Sequence record: KJ019095.1
DNA: 64,000 nt
Direction: 5' to 3' (one strand)
Positions 51,401 to 59,046 of this stretch are shown here, one piece after another. The notes under the pieces are model-generated. The model saw only the letters and a list, made by a program, of their open reading frames with translations, was not told the origin of the DNA and searched no databases. How positions within the stretch are numbered: position 1 is the first letter of the stretch; every line of letters begins with the position of its first letter. The position numbers were made by a program, and so were the translations under genes.

Positions 51401-51623
51401 TGGTGTAACATTCAACTGGAAGAATGGTGAAGGATCATCTGCTGGTGTTCTTGCACAAGAAGTTCAGATGGTTCTACCTGAGATTGTTAAGGGTGATGTA
51501 GGCAATATGTCCGTTCAGTATAACGGTATTATAGCACTTCTCGTCCAAGCAGTCAAGGAACTCTCTTCTGAAGTTGAAGAACTCAAGAGAACCAAGAGTG
51601 ACAAGAGAAGGAAGAAATCCTGA
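45414..51623 (+). CDS. Long tail fibre (2069 aa) with pectin-lyase-like domain, LamG/ConA-like lectin domain and C-terminal peptidase S74 chaperone
   Basis: GTG start after the late promoter at 45365; FYVSENGSNTNDGRS; FGTGDFTVEFWIY...WNHIAVCR...YLDELRVTKG; SDATRKEDV...LRGVTFNWK...GVLAQEV...LLVQAVKEL. Confidence 0.9.
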   Translation: MANQNFRVKKGIEVGLGATFLYADDSGVGINSASPRSNLDVRGRSQTEELLVDNYAEVQGPSTFVGLGTFGGDLYVGNDLYVKGNLSFTSFESETGNVTGVLTTRDFNVTGLSTFAGDATFQSDVNISGASSITGNLVVSGASTLTGIVTTGDDLYVGGSLYVFNDIFYDEITGRNLSISGIATLRQLEIQQDLEVAGLSTFVGLVSFRDAVGTNLTVYNLSANTGNFVEINVDGGGGGGGGTGIDSTSVNTEFLNVTGVATFNNGIATNFSAEFIDAGVTTTTDLHFTNGYGVNLNMSGITTVGILTVYENIYDSRNQVGYGDSLLVTQGGKLVWTRPDIAGIATSFQPGSTFYVSENGSNTNDGRSPEKAWSSIAYAVSQIGDTSHDILEVTAGEYTETFPITVPKGLTISGAGQRATIVRPSQATETNDGFLLNDRSTIHNITVTGFYKPQGSINYAFKFSVGAAITSRSPYVDKVTVINKGTQTSASDPYGYGSADSYPTTAPGGAGVLVDGSVVATNSLEAAILLNEVTLFTAGNQGIKITNGGRVEWLNGFIYFASEALVGLSDKTTGLAGAGKARLTLENASGGLVGGNTVQYYDSDGTTVLASGTIDNVSGSYVTLTNAGVGTFTTPRNRTAKKVDFVNGAQLSTAQARFGTSSLDVTGAGTDNITVDSTSDFGFGTGDFTVEFWIYRTGNINGKVICDFRDTAATDQAITIQGDGGNETDVYIGTTSVVTGTVPTTLNAWNHIAVCRVGSTITQYIDGAVSGSGTAATDLGVARQLTFGDRYDNSNNGPTAYLDELRVTKGAAKYTGAFTSPSVALTGDKDTSILLHFDGINGATSTTDDIIVLQDIRITGGNTADKVTLADYSQFGADLRSIACAIEYGNQGMIGDGDGVTLRAISINFNHVGALGDITNDPNLAIQSNEVIELNGGQVSYVSIDQKGDFRVGESFYVNQETGDVSFNNTTTDLTSLSSLTITDGTNNSLITPTSGRFGNVQISGQQVASVSGDLDLVTAGGGEVNIYGNTNVVGILTAQVVEINAIQKGDTSIALDDTGTDGTIRFNTDGSEAGRFTKDNDLAVTHNFRVGGIGTIPNLVSTTATITTLNVENLVSSGSTSGGGGTGIGSTAINSPNLNISGQANFNNVNVSGVATVPDLTVTNSFTNTGYSTITGDAEVGGNLWLKGDLNVIGSQNVSEFFATNMEISGIATFGTVKVNSNVHCDDTVFVGGAVTITGPITAVDIFATGIGTIPVADVGHADVDSINVTGISTISQVDIGKITVGDFTVTGFATVTDGLEVIGPVSFGGSITQLPLPTGQGGVWFDNSVVGVGTLLATNASISGLLGVGNSLGVAGDAYIDGNIIGSGGTISNYNEIITPLLTATDIDAATLDVSGNVTIDGNVDLGDTSADFVRINGRVSTSFIPSTDSATDLGSNGLRWKELFVDKLTLTDDAAIGGDLSVGGSVSADYVDTTELNVSGVATFAQISIGGGGGGISTNGVIINNVTVTDQSTLNNLIVSGVSTFVGVSTFKGDVYIDGNLIIDGDNSQDLISGTNLLVSGIATIGTLGVTTNLTVGGDVLVSGAMTAGSYNGDGSQLDNLPAASITTSITPTTRVNGDTLQTGDLWYDSSELRQYTYYDDGGSVQWVPSAPEPTIPDFTYAGNTGIGTLSLGDDTFSVVGDGTNVVTTASGVTTTVTISLSDSVAIAGSMTAGSFLGENLNVSGVSTFVGVTTFRGDVFIEGNLIIDGDESQDLVSGTNLIITGIATIGTLGVTTTTTNTLTVLDTFTLDNPVNSIGISSDLGGAGAAHTALASQLAIKQYIDANNSDQNLNFTGDTGSGSIGLGTEFLEVRGTAQQVTTIGVGNSVVIGLPNTVRVPQRLYVGGGAFTQVMDANSASGVVFANKIVTINKGLTLSSSDLTGVRNLVQTGIATLGTVNFSGVTTTVGNAFVGNDLSVLGTVNANDFNSTSDATRKEDVVEIEDALAKVLDLRGVTFNWKNGEGSSAGVLAQEVQMVLPEIVKGDVGNMSVQYNGIIALLVQAVKELSSEVEELKRTKSDKRRKKS

Positions 51624-51688
51624 TAACTTGCCATACTCCTTCTGATCCTGTATAATACCTTTGTGGAGGATCAGAAGTTGGCTCTAAG

Positions 51689-51716
51689 CTTAGACCCCTT
51701 ATGGGGTCTTTTTTTA
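51689..51716 (+). terminator. Rho-independent terminator
   Basis: AGACCCC-TTAT-GGGGTCT plus T-run. Confidence 0.8.
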
Positions 51717-51754
51717 TGCCATAATAAATAGAAGTGATAACTCCATGAAGACAC

Positions 51755-52129
51755 ATGTCTCTTTCAATTACTACTGCCACTACTACACATGATGGTGTAG
51801 TTACTGATGTACAATGGGCTTATACTACATCTGAAGGTATTATCTCAGGTGGTCACACAATGCAAGGAACACCTGGTAGTGTTTCATTAGAAAATGTTAA
51901 TGAATCTGTTATATCTGGTTGGTTAGAAGAACAGATGGATACCTCACACTTTGATAGACTTTGTTCTGAAAGAGGTTTCCCAACAGAAGAAGAGAAAGAA
52001 GACAGAACCTTCAACTTCTCAGAAACAGGTACAATGGAAGAAGTAGTTGCACCTGAGCCTGAGCCTGAGCCTGAACCTGAAGATAATGTTGGTATTGCAA
52101 CCGATGGTTCATCTGGTATTTCAACTTAG
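51755..52129 (+). CDS. Small fibre-associated protein
   Basis: Late promoter at 51725; GVVTDVQWAY...VISGWLEEQM; (PE)n repeat near the C-terminus. Confidence 0.7.
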   Translation: MSLSITTATTTHDGVVTDVQWAYTTSEGIISGGHTMQGTPGSVSLENVNESVISGWLEEQMDTSHFDRLCSERGFPTEEEKEDRTFNFSETGTMEEVVAPEPEPEPEPEDNVGIATDGSSGIST

Positions 52130-52165
52130 AAACTTTTAATCTTCCAAAAGAACAAAATTATTCTA

Positions 52166-52840
52166 ATGTCTCAAATCAATTTCCCAAATATCCCATCAGA
52201 TGGTGATGAGTTTTTGGCACCCAATGGTACAACTTACCAATATGATTCCGACACAGGTCAGTGGAAGATTCTATTAGGTCCTGGTGCCGATGGTCCCAAG
52301 GGTCCTATAGGTCCTGAAGGTGCTACTGGATCCACAGGTCCCGATGGTCCTACTGGTGCTACTGGAACGGATGCTACAAGAATAACTGGTGAGATTATTG
52401 CATTTGGTGGAACTACTGTTCCATCTGGCTGGCTTGAATGTAATGGTCAAGCTGCTCCTAGTGCTCTTGCTGCTGTATTAGGTATATCTAATGTACCAGA
52501 CTTACGTGGTGAGTTTATAAGAGGATTTGATAACGGTAGAGGTGTTGATAGTGGCCGTGCCATTCTCACCGCTCAGGGTGATGAATTTGAGAGTCACACA
52601 CACATTCAAAATTCCCATAACCATACACAAAATCCACACACTCACCAAGCAAATTACACACCCTTAACCTATGTGGCGGGGCAACCACAAGCAAATGGAT
52701 TGGTTACCGCGGTAACAGCTCTAACAAACATTTCCACAAACACAGCAACTAATATTGCAAACACAGCAACCAACCAAAGCACAGGTGGTACTGAAACCCG
52801 TCCACGCAACATATCTCTGATGTACATCATTAAAACCTAA
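52166..52840 (+). CDS. Short fibre with collagen-like segment and phage tail-collar domain
   Basis: MSQINFP module, GxY repeats, TGEIIAFGG...GWLECNGQ...PDLRGEFIRG...ETRPRNISLMYIIKT. Confidence 0.88.
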   Translation: MSQINFPNIPSDGDEFLAPNGTTYQYDSDTGQWKILLGPGADGPKGPIGPEGATGSTGPDGPTGATGTDATRITGEIIAFGGTTVPSGWLECNGQAAPSALAAVLGISNVPDLRGEFIRGFDNGRGVDSGRAILTAQGDEFESHTHIQNSHNHTQNPHTHQANYTPLTYVAGQPQANGLVTAVTALTNISTNTATNIANTATNQSTGGTETRPRNISLMYIIKT

Positions 52841-52844
52841 ACCC

Positions 52845-53492
52845 ATGTCTCAAATTAATTTCCCAAATAGCCCATCCGATGGTGAAGAGTTTCTAGCATC
52901 TAATGGAACTACGTATCGATACGATAGTTCTACGGGTCAGTGGAAGATTCTATCAGGTCCTGGTGTTCAGGGACCCGCTGGTAATACAGGTCCTACTGGA
53001 TCTATTATTATGTGGGGAACTTCAACACTACCAGAGGGATATATCGAATGTAATGGTCAATCTACTTCTGGATATACAGCTTTAGCTGCGTTATATGGTT
53101 CCAATGTCCCAGATCTTCGTGGTGAGTTTGTAAGGGGTTGGGATAACGGTAAGGGTACTGATAGTGGTCGGGCTCTATTGGGTAGTCAAGGCGAATCGTT
53201 TAAAAGCCACACACACACTCAGAATTCACACAATCACAGTCAGAATTCACACAATCACACACAGAATCCCCACAAACACACGCAACAACTGGGTGGAACT
53301 ATTTCATCTGACCTTTTGCAATCCGGGAGCTATCGGATTGGTAACGCAAATTCTGCATCAGTTAGTAATACCACAGCAACCAATAAATCTACTACAGCAA
53401 CCAATAATGCAGCCACAGCAACCAACCAAAGCACAGGTGATACTGAAACCCGTCCACGCAACATATCTTTGATGTATATTATTAAGACCTAG
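52845..53492 (+). CDS. Paralogous short fibre with tail-collar domain
   Basis: MSQINFP module, GSIIMWG...GYIECNGQ...PDLRGEFVRGWDNG...ETRPRNISLMYIIKT. Confidence 0.88.
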   Translation: MSQINFPNSPSDGEEFLASNGTTYRYDSSTGQWKILSGPGVQGPAGNTGPTGSIIMWGTSTLPEGYIECNGQSTSGYTALAALYGSNVPDLRGEFVRGWDNGKGTDSGRALLGSQGESFKSHTHTQNSHNHSQNSHNHTQNPHKHTQQLGGTISSDLLQSGSYRIGNANSASVSNTTATNKSTTATNNAATATNQSTGDTETRPRNISLMYIIKT

Positions 53493-53528
53493 TGTGATAT
53501 AATAAATACACTGTAAGAATACTATATT

Positions 53529-53762
53529 ATGTACACCCTATACTCCAAACTAAACTGTTCTCATTGTAAAGCAATTGAGAATGTATTTGATCTAAAGAAC
53601 ATCCCATACACCAAGAAAACACTAGGTCTAGACTTCACTAAGGTGGAGTTTATGGAACAATTTGGTAGAACTACTTTCCCCAGAGTAGTCAGTAATGAAG
53701 GAGTGGTATTGGGTGGTGCTAGTGAAACTGTTAAAATCCTAAAAGAACAAGGTATCCTTTAA
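53529..53762 (+). CDS. Glutaredoxin
   Basis: CSHC active site, TFPRV cis-Pro motif, GG...ET. Confidence 0.88.
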   Translation: MYTLYSKLNCSHCKAIENVFDLKNIPYTKKTLGLDFTKVEFMEQFGRTTFPRVVSNEGVVLGGASETVKILKEQGIL

Positions 53763-53974
53763 TGTCTCAAATTAATTTTCCAAGTTCACCAGATAATGGT
53801 GATGAGTTTTTAGCCGGTAATGGCACAACATATCAATATGACAGTGCAACAGGTCAGTGGAAGATTCTATCAGGTCCTGGATCTCAAGGTCCTATAGGTC
53901 CTGCAGGTCCTCTTGGATCTACAGGTGCTACTGGACCTACCATTGATATTGGTGCCCTACCAGAACTTAGTTGA
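53762..53974 (+). CDS. Third MSQINFP-module protein (70 aa, no collar domain)
   Basis: Same N-terminal module plus collagen-like repeats, ending TIDIGALPELS. Confidence 0.75.
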   Translation: MSQINFPSSPDNGDEFLAGNGTTYQYDSATGQWKILSGPGSQGPIGPAGPLGSTGATGPTIDIGALPELS

Positions 53975-54008
53975 TATGTTATAATGTATCATAGTAACTC
54001 TATGATAT

Positions 54009-54767
54009 ATGGCTGCCCCTGTTGTTAAGATTTTGACTCCTGCATATATGGGTCAAGTGACCACACAATATATGCATAGTCTTATTGAATTTATACCATA
54101 TGCTATGAGTAATGGTATAAATGTAACCTTTGAGACAATGCCCAACTGTTCTCTCATCAGTTTGGGTAGGAATGTGATGCAGTCTAGAGCACTCAGAGAT
54201 CCCACATGGACTCATCTAATGTGGATTGATTCTGATATTAGATTTCCAAAGGAAGCTATTATCAGTATGTTATTTGATGATAAACCTATTATGGGTGGTT
54301 TCTATCCAAAGAAGTCACTACCCATTGACATGGCAAGTTCTCCCATGCCTGGTGGTGAAGAAACTGAGCAACTATTTGAAACTGATTATGTTGCCACTGG
54401 TTTCATGTTAATTAAACGTGAAGTCATTGAGAAGATGCAAGATTCATACCCCGAACGTAAGTTTTTCTATCAGGGTAGTGACGAATATTATGATTTATAT
54501 GCACCTTACATCGATGAAGATTCACCTAATAGATTATTTCTCACTGAAGACTACGCCTTCTGTCGTCTAGCACGTAAGATAGGTTATAAGTCATACATGT
54601 CCAAGAGATTTACTCTAGGTCATATTGGTGTCTATGAGTTTAATTGGAATACAGAAAAGAATCTATCACAAGCATATATTCAGAAGTATGCACAACCAAA
54701 ACAAAAACTAGAAAAGGTTGAAGGTGATAGTGAAGATTACAATAAACTAGATGATCTTCCACAATAA
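54009..54767 (+). CDS. GT-A-fold glycosyltransferase-like protein
   Basis: ILTPAY, LISLGRN, LMWIDSDIRF (DXD), VATGFMLIKREV, LTEDYAFC. Confidence 0.7.
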   Translation: MAAPVVKILTPAYMGQVTTQYMHSLIEFIPYAMSNGINVTFETMPNCSLISLGRNVMQSRALRDPTWTHLMWIDSDIRFPKEAIISMLFDDKPIMGGFYPKKSLPIDMASSPMPGGEETEQLFETDYVATGFMLIKREVIEKMQDSYPERKFFYQGSDEYYDLYAPYIDEDSPNRLFLTEDYAFCRLARKIGYKSYMSKRFTLGHIGVYEFNWNTEKNLSQAYIQKYAQPKQKLEKVEGDSEDYNKLDDLPQ

Positions 54768-54795
54768 ATACTAACACTAGAACTACCACAAACAA

Positions 54796-55950
54796 ATGTC
54801 TATAAGAACTGCTTATTACTTAATGCAAAGAAGTGGCGTTAATTATAAGGTTTCGGGATTAGATCTTATAAACAGAGACACTTCTATACTTAATGCTGGT
54901 GATGTATTTTTGGTTGAAAGGAGTGGAACTGCATACAAATTTACAGTATCACTTGATGCAGGAGGGGATGTAGATACATCTAGCATTCAAGATGATGATC
55001 TGTTTGTTTGTTTTATTGATGGATCTGAAAAGAAAATTAATGGATTAGAGTTTAGTGCTCTAGTTAGTCCGAACGTATGGGAAACCAAAGACAGTTGGAC
55101 TCATATTATTACAGATATAGAATACGAATGGCAAAGCGTATATGGTTATGATCATGATGGTGTCTATCGATTAGATGGAACATTAATAGCTGCTGCTGCT
55201 TCCAGCACCGAGCTCACGACTGAATCAGAATTTGTGATCACTGGTAATAGTTCTACTGTGAGTGCAGGCGGCATTGATGTTAGAGTAGCGTGGCTTAGTA
55301 ACATAGGCACAAGAACAGACTTAAGTCGTGCGTTCGAAGATCTACCCGATCTGACTTTATTTGATGGGTATTGGGATATGACCAACGTTACAAACATGGC
55401 ACAGATGTTCTACAACGTTGGACCTTTTACAGCTGACGTTAGTAGTTGGAATACATCTAATGTGACTAATATGTCGGATATGTTCTATCGCTCGGGTTGG
55501 GGTGATTACACCTTCAATGTTACAGGGCTTTCTTCCTGGGATACAACGAATGTCACATGTATGTCGTTTATGTTTGAAGGCATTGATCTAACTGAAGATA
55601 TTACTGGTTGGGATGTTTCTAATGTAACTAATATGGCGGGTATGTTCGAGTTCGGTATCTTCAACCAAAACATTGGTGGTTGGGATGTTTCTAATGTAAC
55701 TAATATGAGTTATATGTTCCACGAGAGTAACACCTTCAATCAAAACATTGGTGGTTGGGATGTTGCTAATGTAACTAATATGGATGCTATGTTCTATTAC
55801 TATAGTGGTGGACAATTTGCTGGACAATTCAACCAAAACCTAAGTGGATGGTGTGTAACTAACATTGGATCTAAACCTAATGACTTCGATACTAATTCTG
55901 GTTTCGCAGGTCAGACCGCCCTACAACCACAGTGGGGTACTTGCCCATAA
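54796..55950 (+). CDS. BspA/DUF285-repeat protein with fibre-type N-terminus
   Basis: About seven WD(V/T)SNVTNMxxMF repeats ending NQNLSGWCV; late promoter at 54765. Confidence 0.85.
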   Translation: MSIRTAYYLMQRSGVNYKVSGLDLINRDTSILNAGDVFLVERSGTAYKFTVSLDAGGDVDTSSIQDDDLFVCFIDGSEKKINGLEFSALVSPNVWETKDSWTHIITDIEYEWQSVYGYDHDGVYRLDGTLIAAAASSTELTTESEFVITGNSSTVSAGGIDVRVAWLSNIGTRTDLSRAFEDLPDLTLFDGYWDMTNVTNMAQMFYNVGPFTADVSSWNTSNVTNMSDMFYRSGWGDYTFNVTGLSSWDTTNVTCMSFMFEGIDLTEDITGWDVSNVTNMAGMFEFGIFNQNIGGWDVSNVTNMSYMFHESNTFNQNIGGWDVANVTNMDAMFYYYSGGQFAGQFNQNLSGWCVTNIGSKPNDFDTNSGFAGQTALQPQWGTCP

Positions 55951-56567
55951 TGAGTAAGGTTGATATTGTTATTCCTTGTCATGAGTTATATGAAATTCTT
56001 GGAGAATGTATTGAATCAGTTTTAGAAACCAAATCTCACAATCCAAATACCTTCGGTCAAGTTATTCTAGTTGATGATGACTCCTCATCAGAGGGAACAC
56101 TAGAAGAATACTTCAGTGACAAATATCCTGATGTTAAATACGTCAGGAATCCAAACAGGATGTATTTTAGTGGAACTGTTAATCATGGTTCTGACTATGT
56201 TACATCCAAATACTTTATGATGCTAAATTCTGATACTCTAATTGAAACTCCAAATTGGTTGGAGGTTATGGTAGAGGAATATAACTCTGATGATAAGATT
56301 AAGATTATTAGTGCAAACTTTAATGATCGCAAACCATACTTTTCTGGAGGACCATTTGTGTGTGGTGTTTGTCTTATGATGGAGATTGATTTGTTCAGAC
56401 AAATAGGAAAGTTAAAATCTGATGGTAAATTCATTCACTGGCATAGTGATAAGAAATTACAGAATGATGTACGTCGTATGGGATATTTGAATGCTTTATC
56501 CACTGCTAAGATAAAACATTTGGGAGGCAGATCCCGCGGATATATTCCTACTGAATTGGAAAGATGA
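55950..56567 (+). CDS. GT2 family glycosyltransferase
   Basis: DIVIPCH, VILVDDDS, VNHG, MMLNSDT, GVCLMM, HLGGRS. ATG at 55950. Confidence 0.85.
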   Translation: MSKVDIVIPCHELYEILGECIESVLETKSHNPNTFGQVILVDDDSSSEGTLEEYFSDKYPDVKYVRNPNRMYFSGTVNHGSDYVTSKYFMMLNSDTLIETPNWLEVMVEEYNSDDKIKIISANFNDRKPYFSGGPFVCGVCLMMEIDLFRQIGKLKSDGKFIHWHSDKKLQNDVRRMGYLNALSTAKIKHLGGRSRGYIPTELER

Positions 56568-57556
56568 AAAGAGTTCTTGTGACAGGTGGTGCTGGTTTCA
56601 TCGCTCACCATCTAATCTTAATGATATTAGAAACTACAGACTGGGAGATTATTAGTTTAGATAGATTAGACTTCAGTGGTAATTTGAATAGGTTATATGA
56701 TATTCTATTAGAATCTCCTCATAAGTCTAGAGTTAAGATAGTATATCATGACCTAAAGGCACCTATCAATCCATTGGTGGCATCAGATATTGGAAAGGTA
56801 GATTATATTCTACACCTTGCTGCTGGATCACATGTTGATCGTAGTATTGAGTATCCTTTAGAGTTTGTTATGGATAATGTTGTGGGAACCTGCAACATAT
56901 TAGACTTTGCTAGAACACAGGATCTGATTCGGTTTATCTACTTTGGAACTGATGAAGTGTTCGGTCCCGCTCCTACAGGTGTAAGTTATAAGGAGAATGA
57001 TAGATACAACTCAACCAATCCATATAGTGCCAGTAAGGCAGGTGGTGAGGAACTAGCAGTATCATTTCAAAATACCTATGGTGTTCCAGTGTATATCACA
57101 CACACTATGAATGTATTTGGACAGAGACAACACCCAGAGAAGTTCATACCTATGTGTATTAAACGCATCAGGGACGGTCAAGTTGTAACTATTCATAGTG
57201 ATGAGACTAAAACCATACCAGGATCTAGACACTACATTCATGCGGAGGATGTATCTGATGCTATTATGTTCCTCCTATCCTATGAGAGTGATGAGAAGTG
57301 TCCCAAGTTTAATATTGTAGGAACAGAAGAGTTGAATAACTTACAACTAGCACAGATCATTGCTGAAATTCAAGGAAAGGAATTAAACTATGAGATGGTT
57401 GATTTCCACACATCAAGACCGGGACATGATCTTCGATACTCATTGTGTGGGGAGAAAATGAAGTCATTGGGTTGGGAACCAAAGAATATAAGAGATAGGA
57501 TTGAAGAAGTTGTTGATTGGACACTTGATAATGAACGTTGGATTAGTGTGTTATAA
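56564..57556 (+). CDS. dTDP-glucose 4,6-dehydratase-like NAD-dependent dehydratase
   Basis: VTGGAGFI, HLAAGSHVDRSI, GTDEVFG, NPYSASKAG, RPGHDLRYS. Confidence 0.88.
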   Translation: MKRVLVTGGAGFIAHHLILMILETTDWEIISLDRLDFSGNLNRLYDILLESPHKSRVKIVYHDLKAPINPLVASDIGKVDYILHLAAGSHVDRSIEYPLEFVMDNVVGTCNILDFARTQDLIRFIYFGTDEVFGPAPTGVSYKENDRYNSTNPYSASKAGGEELAVSFQNTYGVPVYITHTMNVFGQRQHPEKFIPMCIKRIRDGQVVTIHSDETKTIPGSRHYIHAEDVSDAIMFLLSYESDEKCPKFNIVGTEELNNLQLAQIIAEIQGKELNYEMVDFHTSRPGHDLRYSLCGEKMKSLGWEPKNIRDRIEEVVDWTLDNERWISVL

Positions 57557-57602
57557 TAATGAGGTTAGGGGTATAAATAACTAAAAATAGGAGGCTATTA
57601 AG

Positions 57603-57833
57603 ATGCTTACCGTATCAATTGTGTTTGGGGTTATCCTACTCCAAATGTTCCTCCTCCTAGGTGGTGTTATCGGGTACCTAGCTTATGGGTACCTATCAAT
57701 ACAAGCCTCCCAGCTACCCAATCATCCTGAATTCTACGATGAAGAAGGAAACGTACTACCAGATGAAATTCTTGCTATTCGTTTTGAGCATAGCTATGGT
57801 CAGGATGGAGAGTGGATTGGTGAAGAGGATTAA
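57603..57833 (+). CDS. Hypothetical membrane protein
   Basis: GGAGG RBS; N-terminal TM, HPEFYDEEGNVLPDEILAIRFE. Confidence 0.75.
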   Translation: MLTVSIVFGVILLQMFLLLGGVIGYLAYGYLSIQASQLPNHPEFYDEEGNVLPDEILAIRFEHSYGQDGEWIGEED

Positions 57834-57856
57834 ACTATTACTTTTTGGAAAACATT

Positions 57857-58462
57857 ATGACAGAAGCGACAGAAACCAAGAAACCGCGTAGCGCACGAAA
57901 GGCACGCAAACCAGCGGCACCCAAAGTCCCTACCTCCCTACCAAACAATCCTTTGATGTTTGAGATTCTTGACATGGCATCCCGTACTAGGGGTACTGAA
58001 AAGAAGGTAGATGTTCTCAAGAGATACGGGTGTGGTGCTCTAAAGGCACTATTCATCTGGAACTTTGATGAAACTGTAGAGTCTGCTCTACCACCAGGTG
58101 AGGTTCCCTACTCTGGATATGAAGAACAGCATGTATACAGTGGAACACTAACTGATAAGATTGAAGAGTCTTCACGTCAGATGTATGAGAATGGAAGTTT
58201 CTCATTGGGTTCTACTGATGCCAACGCTAAGACTACACTAAGAGCACAATGGAAGAACCTCTATCACTTTGTTGAGGGTGGTAATGGTGGTCTATCTAAA
58301 ACACGTCGTGAGATGATGTTTATCAACCTCCTAGAATCTGTTCATCCCCTGGAAGCAGAGATCCTCATCCTAGTCAAGGATAAGGAACTTGACACCAAGT
58401 ATAAGGTTCCCTTTGAGGTTGTAGAAGAAGCATTCCCCGAGATCCAATGGGGAGGACGTTGA
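57857..58462 (+). CDS. Hypothetical T4-like cyanophage protein
   Basis: LFIWNFD...LPPGEVPY...RREMMFINLLESVHPLEAEILILVKDK; ATG at 57857 preferred over the track's 57845. Confidence 0.75.
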   Translation: MTEATETKKPRSARKARKPAAPKVPTSLPNNPLMFEILDMASRTRGTEKKVDVLKRYGCGALKALFIWNFDETVESALPPGEVPYSGYEEQHVYSGTLTDKIEESSRQMYENGSFSLGSTDANAKTTLRAQWKNLYHFVEGGNGGLSKTRREMMFINLLESVHPLEAEILILVKDKELDTKYKVPFEVVEEAFPEIQWGGR

Positions 58463-58488
58463 CATAAATACAAAGGATATGTTATAAT
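58459..58488 (+). promoter_or_regulatory. Consensus sigma70 promoter
   Basis: TTGACA (58459) - 18 bp - TATAAT (58483) with extended TG; predicts a transcription start near 58495. Confidence 0.85.
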
Positions 58489-58495
58489 ATCCACA

Positions 58496-58581
58496 CGTTC
58501 AACCCACTTCGGTGGGTCGCAAGTAAGTCGCGGAACGGATTCGTTCATCCAGGAAACTGGACGCAAACGACTGAAGGAACG
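58496..58581 (+). ncRNA. Glutamine riboswitch-like (glnA-type) leader with tandem/nested aptamer
   Basis: P1 CGTTC/GAACG, P2 ACCCAC-TTCG-GTGGGT, junction CGCAAGTAAG, AGTCG/CGACT pairing, TGAAGGAACG 3' end; lies upstream of a DUF4278-like ORF. Confidence 0.75.
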
Positions 58582-58615
58582 GGTTTTAACTAACCTCAAC
58601 TTCAGGAGTACTACT

Positions 58616-58783
58616 ATGAACACTCTCGCACTCATCAAAAAGCAGATCAACAAAGCTGCCGCACTTCACAACGCTCAGATCTCTCACACCGCCTATCGTG
58701 GTGTTGAGTATGATACTCATTGTGTAGAGTCTTCCGAGACACACGGCACTTTCTGCTACCGCGGACGCACTTACAATAAGTGA
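58616..58783 (+). CDS. DUF4278-like small protein (55 aa, not in ORF track)
   Basis: CAGGAG RBS; MNTLALIKKQINKAAALHNAQISHTAYRGVEY...TFCYRGRTYNK with two YRG motifs. Confidence 0.8.
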   Translation: MNTLALIKKQINKAAALHNAQISHTAYRGVEYDTHCVESSETHGTFCYRGRTYNK

Positions 58784-58803
58784 GTTCTAACTGAATAGTG
58801 TAG

Positions 58804-58835
58804 GAAAGGGAAGGACTTGTTTCTTCCCTTTTTTT
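58804..58835 (+). terminator. Rho-independent terminator
   Basis: AAAGGGAAG...CTTCCCTTT plus T-run. Confidence 0.75.
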
Positions 58836-58866
58836 GTGCTATAATATAAACAAGTATTCTATCATC

Positions 58867-59046
58867 ATGGACACAGACAAAGTAAAGTTTCTCATTCAAT
58901 CCATAGAGGTTCTCATTGATGAACTAAAATCAGAAGTATATGCTGAGGGTGAAACTTTTAAAGTAAGTGAAACCCAGTACTCAGAGGAATCAGAAATTCC
59001 AACGACTATAACAAACTTTTATCCTGAAGTAACGGACGATCTATGA
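58867..59046 (+). CDS. Small hypothetical protein
   Basis: MDTDKVKFLIQSIEVLIDELKSEVY; follows a TGCTATAAT promoter. Confidence 0.7.
   Translation: MDTDKVKFLIQSIEVLIDELKSEVYAEGETFKVSETQYSEESEIPTTITNFYPEVTDDL

Noticed and set aside
27543-51415. Numerous minus-strand and alternate-frame ORFs in the track
   Set aside because: They are shadows of long + strand genes with biased codon usage, and have no RBS, promoter or recognisable motif.
52770-53492. Near-identical 3' ends of the two collar-fibre genes as a DGR template/variable repeat pair
   Set aside because: Differences are mostly synonymous and not adenine-specific, and there is no reverse transcriptase in the window.
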